DNA from: Candidatus Eiseniibacteriota bacterium
GTDB taxonomy: Bacteria > Eisenbacteria > RBG-16-71-46
Reading direction: 5' to 3'
Length of the DNA: 14,731 nt
Assembly (NCBI GenBank): GCA_031364845.1
Contig: JANLWX010000076.1
Span: forward strand, 1-14,731
The position numbers and the translations under genes are program-made. Positions within the stretch are counted from its first letter, which is position 1. Each line of letters begins with the position of its first letter. Under the pieces are notes generated by a model. That model saw only the letters and a list, made by a program, of their open reading frames with translations. It had not been told where the DNA came from and searched no databases. Shown here in pieces: positions 8,199-14,731 of this stretch.

Positions 8199-8918
8199 CT
8201 ACGCCGTCGAGCGTTCCCCGCGCAGTGACTCGGTCGCTTCGAGGAGTTGCGAAACGCGCCGCGCGAGCTGGTCGGCGTTCTCCTCGACGGAGCGCGTGGC
8301 GTCGAGTGTGTCGAATTCGAACTCGGTGGCGAGGATGTCGAGTTCCTGGATCACGCGGCGCTGATAGTTGATGAACGAGTCGTAGAGATCCTCGCCCATC
8401 GGCATGTCCATGCCCGATTCCCAGTAGTCGAACCCGCCCGCTTCCAGCACGCGCGGCACGAGTTCCTCGGCGTCGGTGCGCAGATAGAACACGGCATCCG
8501 GCTTGAGCGAGAACGAGTACACGTTCTTGATCCACTCGCCGTCGGCGCCGCGCACGATCGCGCGCGCGATCAGCGAGTAGATGTAGCGGTCGGTGAGCAT
8601 CACGAATCCGGCGCGCAGCGCGGGCACGATCTGATGCTCGAGCCGGTCGGCAAAATCGGTCGCGTAGTAGAGATTGAACGCGTTCGAGCCGAGTGTGTTG
8701 CCCTGCTTGGCGCGGCTGATGCCGCGGCTCGCGAGGTCCGAGCGCGACAGTCCGGTCTCGGCGACGGCGTAGCCGAGCCGCTCCAGATGCTCGCGCAGGC
8801 GCGAGACGTGGGTCGAACGCCCGACGCCGTCCGGCCCTTCGATCACGATCAGCCAGCCGGTCAGGTCCGCGAGGTCGAGGCCGGGAATGCCTTCGCCGTA
8901 CGATCCGAAACGCTTCAT
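8199..8918 (-). CDS. Thymidylate kinase-like protein B (P-loop Lys replaced by Arg); candidate subunit of a heteromeric polyphosphate kinase
   Basis: LIVIEGPDGVGRST, ATDFADR, LTDRYIYS, PDAVFYL, WESGMD. ATGA overlap with the stop of TMK-like A. Confidence 0.88.
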   Translation of the reverse strand: MKRFGSYGEGIPGLDLADLTGWLIVIEGPDGVGRSTHVSRLREHLERLGYAVAETGLSRSDLASRGISRAKQGNTLGSNAFNLYYATDFADRLEHQIVPALRAGFVMLTDRYIYSLIARAIVRGADGEWIKNVYSFSLKPDAVFYLRTDAEELVPRVLEAGGFDYWESGMDMPMGEDLYDSFINYQRRVIQELDILATEFEFDTLDATRSVEENADQLARRVSQLLEATESLRGERSTA

Positions 8919-9733
8919 ACCAGTTCTCCCGTGCGCGCGATGTGTTCGATGTGCGGCTGGATGGCCTGACGCAGAAGCCGCTGCTGCACTTCGACCGGCT
9001 TGATCGCGTCGATGACCTGGAGGTCGTACTCCTTCACGATCTGCTCGTATTCGGTGAGGATCCGGCCCTGGAACAGCTTGTACGATTCCTCGACATCGGC
9101 GTCGAGATCGAGATCCATGCCCGCCTCGTACCACTTGAGACTCGGCCGGCCCGACAGGATGCGCTTGAGCGCGGTGACGAGCGGAACGCGAAAGTAGAAC
9201 GCCATCGTCGGCACCGCGGCGAATCGGTAGAGCGAGCGCACCCAGCGCGGCGGAACGCCGCGCGTGACGTCGCGCGCGAACGCCGTGTACACGTAGCGGT
9301 CGGCCAGCACGATCGCCCCCGCCTTGAGCGACGGAATGATCTCGCGCTCGACGCGATCCGAGAAGTCGGTGGCGTGGATCAGCGAAAACGTGAGCGGAGT
9401 CAGCAGCTTGCGCTTCTTGCCGCGCGAGGTGGTGGACTTGACGATCGGCGAGCTGTTCCATTCACTGAACACGACCGGATAGCCTTTGCCTCGCAGCCAC
9501 TGGGCGAGCAGCGTCAACTGCGTGCTCTTGCCGGAGCCGTCGATGCCTTCGACGATGAACAGCCGTCCCGGATAGTCGGCGACCCGCGAGCCGTACAAGA
9601 TCTCGCCGCGCGTCCGCGCGCTCGCGGTGGCGCCCCGCTTGGGACGCGGGCGGCGCTTCACGGATTCGGCCGAAGGCGGAAATTCAGGCAGCGCATCACC
9701 GCCCGGAAATCGATCGCGGTTTTCAGGTTGCAC
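8915..9733 (-). CDS. Thymidylate kinase-like protein A (canonical P-loop); candidate subunit of a heteromeric polyphosphate kinase
   Basis: LFIVEGIDGSGKST, ATDFSDR, LADRYVYT, YEAGMD. GTG at 9733 follows an AAAGGA RBS and overlaps the sixA stop; start site is inferred. Confidence 0.88.
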   Translation of the reverse strand: MQPENRDRFPGGDALPEFPPSAESVKRRPRPKRGATASARTRGEILYGSRVADYPGRLFIVEGIDGSGKSTQLTLLAQWLRGKGYPVVFSEWNSSPIVKSTTSRGKKRKLLTPLTFSLIHATDFSDRVEREIIPSLKAGAIVLADRYVYTAFARDVTRGVPPRWVRSLYRFAAVPTMAFYFRVPLVTALKRILSGRPSLKWYEAGMDLDLDADVEESYKLFQGRILTEYEQIVKEYDLQVIDAIKPVEVQQRLLRQAIQPHIEHIARTGELV

Positions 9734-10235
9734 GCACTTCCTTTCCTGCGAGCTTGCGCAGTAAGCGAGGCGGCACATGCCATTGGAGGTGGCCGCTGCC
9801 GGCTCGTGGTGTGCCGCCAAATAGAACCGAGCACGCGCCCGCCTTCTTGAGCGGAAGTGCACGGGCGGATCCGATCAATGCCCCGGCGAGCATGCCGAGG
9901 TCGGGTTCGTGACCGACGAGGACCACGGTGTTGCCGGAATGAAATCGCTCGATCGCCGAGAGCATGCCGCGCGGCGATGCGCCGCTCGCCAGCGCATCGA
10001 GCGTCTCGACCGATGTGCCGTTCATGACGTCGCTCAGGATTGCTGCGGTTTCCTTCGCGCGCACATAGGGGCTCGTGAGAATGAATTCGACTTCAGGGAC
10101 GAGGCGCGCGAGCCCGCGCGCCGCGAGACGCGTGCGCTCGACGCCTTTCGGCGTGAGCGGACGGTCGACGTCGCTCGGCCAGCGTGCCGGGTCCTGATCG
10201 CCGGCGGGACCGTGGCGAAACAGAATGAGGTGCAT
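9723..10235 (-). CDS. sixA: Phosphohistidine phosphatase SixA (histidine phosphatase superfamily)
   Basis: MHLILFRHG, DRPLT..G, SPYVRAKETA, LVGHEPDL, LKKAG; 170 aa. Confidence 0.9.
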   Translation of the reverse strand: MHLILFRHGPAGDQDPARWPSDVDRPLTPKGVERTRLAARGLARLVPEVEFILTSPYVRAKETAAILSDVMNGTSVETLDALASGASPRGMLSAIERFHSGNTVVLVGHEPDLGMLAGALIGSARALPLKKAGACSVLFGGTPRAGSGHLQWHVPPRLLRKLAGKEVRAT

Positions 10236-10341
10236 CCAATGGCCTGCGCTCGCGGGGGGACATGAGGATCCACCACGCGCGGATTCGTGGAAATCTGGAA
10301 TCGTTCGAGGCGGATGCGAGGGAGGCGCAAACGCGGCGGGT

Positions 10342-10371
10342 AGATTACCATCGGCCCCGAGATCGCGGCAA
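10342..10371 (-). promoter_or_regulatory. Putative sigma70-type promoter of the sixA-TMK-TMK-CHAD operon
   Basis: The - strand reads TTGCCG, 18-nt spacer, TAATCT, with an extended -10 TG. It lies in the divergent sixA/nuclease intergenic region. Confidence 0.4.
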
Positions 10372-10398
10372 AACCCCACCATTCCGAGGAGGAATCCC

Positions 10399-11076
10399 AT
10401 GCGTTCACTCTTGCACTTCCGTCGCGCCCTGGCCGTCGCGGTCTTCGGTCTCATGCTGTCGGCGGCCGGCGGAGACCCGGCAGCGATGGCTTCGTCGGAC
10501 GGACCCGTGGCTCAAGCGACACCGGCCTCGCCCCCCGCGCCGCGCCCCCCGGCACCCCGCAAGCCGCAGACGCGGCCGAGCGGCACGCGGATCGCGGTCG
10601 AGCCGTCGAAGGTGCGCGTCGACGACGGGGACACCGCGGTGATCCAGTGGGGCGCTGCGGAGGCCGAGACCGTGCGGTTCCTCGGCATCGACACACCCGA
10701 GACGCGCCATCCGCAGCATGAGCTTCCCTACGCTCAGGCGTTCGGTCCGGAAGCGCGCGCCTTTGCGTATGGCGCGTTCGCCACCGCGTCCAAGATCGAG
10801 TTGATCCGCAGTCCGACGATCGATCCCTACGGCCGCACGCTCGGATACTTCTTCCTCAACGACAAGAACTACTCGGTGCTGGTCGTGTCGGCGCGACTCG
10901 CCGAGGAGAGCGTGACCCGTTACGGCGACAACGGACTTCCGGCCGAGGCCGCCGCCGTGCAGGCGGCCGCCAAGGCCGCGGGCCCGCTGCCGTTCGAGTC
11001 CCCCGGGGACTTCCGCCGCCGCATGCGGGATGTGTCGAAGTGGATGAAGTCGAACGGTGTGAGCGCCGACGAGTGA
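10399..11076 (+). CDS. Secreted thermonuclease (SNase/micrococcal nuclease family)
   Basis: GAGGAGG RBS before ATG 10399. Signal peptide, Pro-rich linker, then VRVDDGDT, VRFLGIDTPE, FGPEA, DPYGRTLGY. Confidence 0.9.
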   Translation: MRSLLHFRRALAVAVFGLMLSAAGGDPAAMASSDGPVAQATPASPPAPRPPAPRKPQTRPSGTRIAVEPSKVRVDDGDTAVIQWGAAEAETVRFLGIDTPETRHPQHELPYAQAFGPEARAFAYGAFATASKIELIRSPTIDPYGRTLGYFFLNDKNYSVLVVSARLAEESVTRYGDNGLPAEAAAVQAAAKAAGPLPFESPGDFRRRMRDVSKWMKSNGVSADE

Positions 11077-11238
11077 AGACGCGCCCCGCCACGGTCTTGC
11101 CGCACGGAGTGCGCGACGGGAACGCGCGGAGATGAGGGCACCCGCGCGCCGGAAGCTCTCGATGCCGGGCGGCGGCCGGAGCATCGGAACATGTTTCATG
11201 GGGATCGATTCGAGGGGCGCGGGGGGTCCGCCCGCGGG

Positions 11239-11730
11239 TCAGAACGGCGGCTGGAGTCGGTAGCGCTCGAGCAGCTGCGGGATCGACGCGAGATTCACGT
11301 CCAGCCGGTAACGCGTGCGGATCGCGGCCATCGCTTCGAGATCCCGCGCATTGAACGGTGCGGCGAGTTCGAAGAAATACTCCTCGAATCCGCCGGGAGT
11401 GATGATCTCGAGGAAGCGGACCTCTTCGGACCCCGCGTTCCAGAACGCGTGCGGAATGCCGCGCGGCTTCACGACCATCTCGCCGGGGCGGGCTTCGATC
11501 ACCGCCTCGCCCACCTGTGCGGTCAGAAGTCCGCTCAGAACGTACGAACTCTCGTCTTCCCGCTCGTGGGTGTGGAGCGGCGAGCCGAGCTGCCCCGCCG
11601 GCAGGTCATGCTCCACGAGACCGAACGCTCCGCCGTTCGCGATCGAGGAGATCAGCCGCCGTGTGCCGAGCGCCTTGCCGAAGCGGACGTGCTCGGTGTC
11701 GGCGGGCACGATCATGTAGGGCAGATGCAT
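11239..11730 (-). CDS. Cupin domain protein
   Basis: PLHTHEREDESSYVLSG and PGEMVVKPRGIPHAFWN cupin motifs, plus LEIITPGGFEEYF. An alternative start is ATG 11715. Confidence 0.88.
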   Translation of the reverse strand: MHLPYMIVPADTEHVRFGKALGTRRLISSIANGGAFGLVEHDLPAGQLGSPLHTHEREDESSYVLSGLLTAQVGEAVIEARPGEMVVKPRGIPHAFWNAGSEEVRFLEIITPGGFEEYFFELAAPFNARDLEAMAAIRTRYRLDVNLASIPQLLERYRLQPPF

Positions 11731-11776
11731 TCGAAACTACTTTCGATCGGCCTGGTGTCCAATCGTGACAATTGGA
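11731..11776. promoter_or_regulatory. Two inverted repeats (operator-like) directly upstream of the cupin gene
   Basis: TCGAAA-ctac-TTTCGA (11731-11746) and TCCAAT-cgtgaca-ATTGGA (11758-11776). The - strand also has TTGGAC-17 nt-TAGTTT overlapping both. Confidence 0.4.
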
Positions 11777-11795
11777 GGGAAGGGGGCAATCCCGT

Positions 11796-13259
11796 TCATG
11801 CCCCAGCCGAAACGGAAGAGTCTTGGGACATCCAAAGGGCATCTACCAAACTGTCGCCGAGGAATTCAGCCAGATCCCCGGTCGGTCGACGCCGTCCGAT
11901 TGCTGAACCGACACGGAGAGTCCAAGGAACGTGCTTCGGGTCCAGTATCCATGCAACTTCCTTGATAACCGGCTTCAGATCTTCAGTTCTGCGATCCCAT
12001 TTGTGACACTCCTTGAGGATGCGTTGTTTGTCCCCGCGTTGTTGCGCAGATTGCATCAAGGCCGCTTTTGCCGTCTCCCACGTGTGGCCAATGGTCTCAA
12101 GTACGACGTCCGTCAAGTACAAGTTCTCCGACTCATGACACCCAAGTTGCAAGAATCGAACGTGATTTTGGGCATTCGTGGCACTCGGGAGAGGCAAGGC
12201 TTTGTCGCCATCTAGGAGTGCGAAGCCAGTTGGAACGGACGGTGACTCACAGAGACTCGAGAGAATATTTTCAAGCTGAGACTGGTACCGAAAGATTTCG
12301 TCACCATGGCAGGGAAGCGCCGAGACTTGAACGCCATGGCACCGGGGTGCCTGACTCCAGATCTGATAGTCGTCATCGCCTTCGACGAGCAGGAGTGGCA
12401 CACCGAAGAGAGGCCCCATCAAGACATGCCCACCCAGGCAAGCAGCGAGATCTTTTTGCACGCGACCGAAGGTCTGAGCTTTGAAGTCGGACTGCGCCCT
12501 TCGCATGAATACTACGCTTGTCTTGGAGTCTCCCGACTGACCCAACGCCGCTAGCAGGGATGTGCTGTGCGTGGCGACAACTATTTGAAGGCGAAATCGG
12601 TCGACAATAGTTAGAAGGAAGTCCGCCAAGCGGACTTGTAGGTCAGGGTGGATGTGCGCATCAGGCTCATCAATGAGCATGATGCGTTCTGGTTGGTTCT
12701 CGATTTCCCAGATCCCCGCAATTGTGAGTATGTCCAAGCCCATCGTAAATAGTTGGGCTTCGCCGCTGCTTAGCTGGTCGACACCGACAATGGAACGGTT
12801 GTCAATAGTGTGGCGAAGAGCGAACGGAGGCGTTCTCGGTGACAATTCGACTACGAAATCAGAAAGCAGGAGGCCCAAGAATTGTTCAAGTTCTTCGGGT
12901 CCAGATATCGGTGCCGTGCCACGAATGTTGCCTCGCGTCATGAAGTACGTGTGGACGCGAGACATGATTCTGCGGCGATATTCATAGACAAAGTTGCTCC
13001 GGGAAACGCTGCCCCTCGTTACTCCAGTAAATTCCTCTTGTGTGAATTGCGGTTGGAAGTCCAACTCGCCCGTACGCTCTGGAACAACATAGTGAACAGC
13101 CTCGGGCTTCTGATTGCGCCATGACCGCAGCAAGAGGCTCTTTCCAGAGCCGTTCTTGCCCATGAGTACTGTGACATCTGTCATGGCGCGAAGTGACCAT
13201 GTTCCTCCGCCCAAGTGTTCCGGTCTATCGATCGTGTGCTCACTGTGGTAGATGGCCAA
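11796..13259 (-). CDS. OLD-family-like ATP-dependent nuclease: N-terminal ABC/AAA ATPase plus C-terminal TOPRIM
   Basis: Walker A GKNGSGKS, signature LSSGE, Walker B/D-loop LIDEPDAHIHP, H-loop VATHS. TOPRIM LLVEGDDD and LLDGD (DxD), and ESENLYL. TTG start with GGAG RBS. Markedly lower GC than the flanks. Confidence 0.85.
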   Translation of the reverse strand: MAIYHSEHTIDRPEHLGGGTWSLRAMTDVTVLMGKNGSGKSLLLRSWRNQKPEAVHYVVPERTGELDFQPQFTQEEFTGVTRGSVSRSNFVYEYRRRIMSRVHTYFMTRGNIRGTAPISGPEELEQFLGLLLSDFVVELSPRTPPFALRHTIDNRSIVGVDQLSSGEAQLFTMGLDILTIAGIWEIENQPERIMLIDEPDAHIHPDLQVRLADFLLTIVDRFRLQIVVATHSTSLLAALGQSGDSKTSVVFMRRAQSDFKAQTFGRVQKDLAACLGGHVLMGPLFGVPLLLVEGDDDYQIWSQAPRCHGVQVSALPCHGDEIFRYQSQLENILSSLCESPSVPTGFALLDGDKALPLPSATNAQNHVRFLQLGCHESENLYLTDVVLETIGHTWETAKAALMQSAQQRGDKQRILKECHKWDRRTEDLKPVIKEVAWILDPKHVPWTLRVGSAIGRRRPTGDLAEFLGDSLVDALWMSQDSSVSAGA

Positions 13260-13319
13260 TGAGTAGCTCCGAGTGAGGCATCGTACTGTTCGGGGCGTGC
13301 GCGGGACGCGCTGCTGGCT

Positions 13320-14291
13320 TTAGATATCCTTGTGGTTCTGCACCAGTTCCACCATCAAAGCCTTTTGCAGGTGCAGCCGGTTCTCGGCTTCCTCGATGAC
13401 AATGCTCTGCGGGCCGTCCAGGACCTCGTCGGTCACTTCCTCGCCGCGGTGCGCGGGCAGGCAGTGCATGAACACCGCATCACGGTGGGCGAGGCGCATC
13501 AGCGCGTCATTCACTTGATAGCCGGCGAACGAAGCGCGACGCCATTCACTGTCCTGCTCCTGGCCCATGCTGACCCACGTGTCGGTGTAGATCACGTCCG
13601 CACCGCGTGCGGCTTCCTGCGGATCGCGGAAGCGACGGATGGTTCCGCGCGCGCGGCGCTCGGCTTCGAGGAACAGGCCGCCGTCGGGTTCGAAGCCGTC
13701 GGGTACTGCGAGGTTGAGATCGAAGTCGAAGATCGTCGCGGCTTCGAGCCACGAGTGGAGCACGTTGTTGCCATCGCCGATCCACGCCACCGTCATGCGG
13801 TTGAGATCGCGCCCGGCGCGGCGGAGCGTGTAGAGATCGGACAGGATCTGGCACGGATGCGAGAAGTCGGTGAGCGCATTGATGACCGGCACGCTCGCGT
13901 GCGCGGCGAGGTTGCGCACGAGCTGGTGCGAGAACGTCCGTGCAACGATCAGATGCGTCATGGCCGACAGCACGTGCGCCACGTCCTTCACGCTCTCGCG
14001 GCCGTGCTCGGAGACTTCGACCGACGTGAGATCGATCGCGTCGCCGCCGAGATCGTGCATTCCGACGCTGAACGACACACGTGTGCGCAGCGATGGCTTG
14101 TGGAACACCATCGCCGCGGTCTTGCCGATCAGCGGCTTGGGCGCGTGTGCGGTGCCCCGCGCTTCACGCAACACGTCGGCGCGTTCGAACAGGTTCATCA
14201 CCCACGCGCGCTCGAGTCCGAGCAGGTCGATCAGGTGGTGCGGCGCGGAGGTGCTGTCGAGCGCATCATGGAGCACGTGGGTTGCGGTCAC
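13320..14291 (-). CDS. argF: Ornithine carbamoyltransferase
   Basis: FHKPSLRTRVSF, ESVKDVA, PVINAL..FSHPCQ, GDGNNV, DVIYTDTWVSMGQE, FMHCLPAHRGEEV, AENRLH. GTG 14291 follows AAAGGA. Confidence 0.95.
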   Translation of the reverse strand: MTATHVLHDALDSTSAPHHLIDLLGLERAWVMNLFERADVLREARGTAHAPKPLIGKTAAMVFHKPSLRTRVSFSVGMHDLGGDAIDLTSVEVSEHGRESVKDVAHVLSAMTHLIVARTFSHQLVRNLAAHASVPVINALTDFSHPCQILSDLYTLRRAGRDLNRMTVAWIGDGNNVLHSWLEAATIFDFDLNLAVPDGFEPDGGLFLEAERRARGTIRRFRDPQEAARGADVIYTDTWVSMGQEQDSEWRRASFAGYQVNDALMRLAHRDAVFMHCLPAHRGEEVTDEVLDGPQSIVIEEAENRLHLQKALMVELVQNHKDI

Positions 14292-14305
14292 GTCGGGGGT
14301 TCCTT

Positions 14306-14731
14306 TCACGAGATGATCGGCAGCGAGTGCGGGTCGGCTTCGGCGAGCTGGGGAATCGGCAGCACCCACGAGCGGCGTTCCTGCGCGGCGTTCTCGGATG
14401 CGCCGGGAACCAGGTCGAGCACCACGGCGACTTCGTCGCACGCATGCCGCCGCGGGCAGCGAACGCAGTCGGTCCACACTTTGCGCGGCAGTGTTTCGCG
14501 CGAGACGACGGCGAAGCCGCAGCGCTCGAAGAACGCGACTTCGCGCGTCAGCGCGATGACGCGTTCGAGCTGGAGCGTGCGTGCGTCGTCGACGACGTGC
14601 TGCACGAGTTCGGCGCCGAGGCCGCGGCCGTGATAGTCGGCATGGACGGCGAGTGAGCGCACTTCGCCCAGGTCGTCCCACAGCAGACGCAGCGCGGCGC
14701 ATGCGACGATCTTCCCGCCGAGTTCGGCGAC
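14306..14731 (-). CDS. argA: Short GNAT-type amino-acid N-acetyltransferase (N-acetylglutamate synthase-like); 5'-truncated by the window edge
   Basis: Open frame from the edge: VAELGGKIVACAALRLLWDDLGEVRSLAV...GRGLG...ALT...FFERCGF...LPRKVWTDCVRCP...CDEVA. Directly upstream of argF. Confidence 0.85.
   Translation of the reverse strand, partial: VAELGGKIVACAALRLLWDDLGEVRSLAVHADYHGRGLGAELVQHVVDDARTLQLERVIALTREVAFFERCGFAVVSRETLPRKVWTDCVRCPRRHACDEVAVVLDLVPGASENAAQERRSWVLPIPQLAEADPHSLPIIS

Noticed and set aside
11077..11238. GC-rich hairpins between the converging nuclease and cupin genes
   Set aside because: No U-tract and no recognisable ncRNA or repeat family; possibly terminators, but unsupported.
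11726..13295. Possible att sites or target-site duplication around the low-GC gene
   Set aside because: Only vague similarity between the two borders and no integrase or transposase, so it is not called a mobile element.
14082..14105. SLRT instead of STRT in the carbamoyl-phosphate motif, as in succinylornithine transcarbamylases
   Set aside because: The DxxxSMG and HCLP ornithine-binding motifs are canonical, so an ordinary OTCase is the best call.
14440..14470. C-x2-C-x5-C cluster in the acetyltransferase
   Set aside because: A usual feature of this short ArgA-type GNAT family, so not novel.
13332..14633. 433-aa + strand ORF (also 8247-8969 and 8942-9850 on +)
   Set aside because: Antisense shadows of argF and the TMK-like genes.

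Overview
High-GC bacterial window, densely coding, with no RNA genes, CRISPR arrays or mobile elements seen. Left, + strand: a 5'-truncated CPA2 cation/H+ antiporter, an exported Cys/His-motif protein, a PurM/AIR-synthase-like protein and a two-TM sensor-like protein with no output domain. Next is a complete 36-aa small-membrane-protein transcription unit on the - strand (sigma54-type promoter, RBS, terminator). The centre is a polyphosphate cluster: ppx-pld on + converges on sixA - TMK-like A - TMK-like B - CHAD on -, and a secreted SNase-family nuclease is divergent from sixA. The tandem thymidylate-kinase-like pair, one with a variant P-loop, is the best candidate for a non-canonical heteromeric polyphosphate kinase, as no ppk1/ppk2 lies in the window. 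Right, - strand: a cupin, a low-GC stand-alone OLD-like ABC-ATPase/TOPRIM gene (candidate defence gene), argF and a 5'-truncated argA-type acetyltransferase. All calls come from motif reading by eye; no database search was run.
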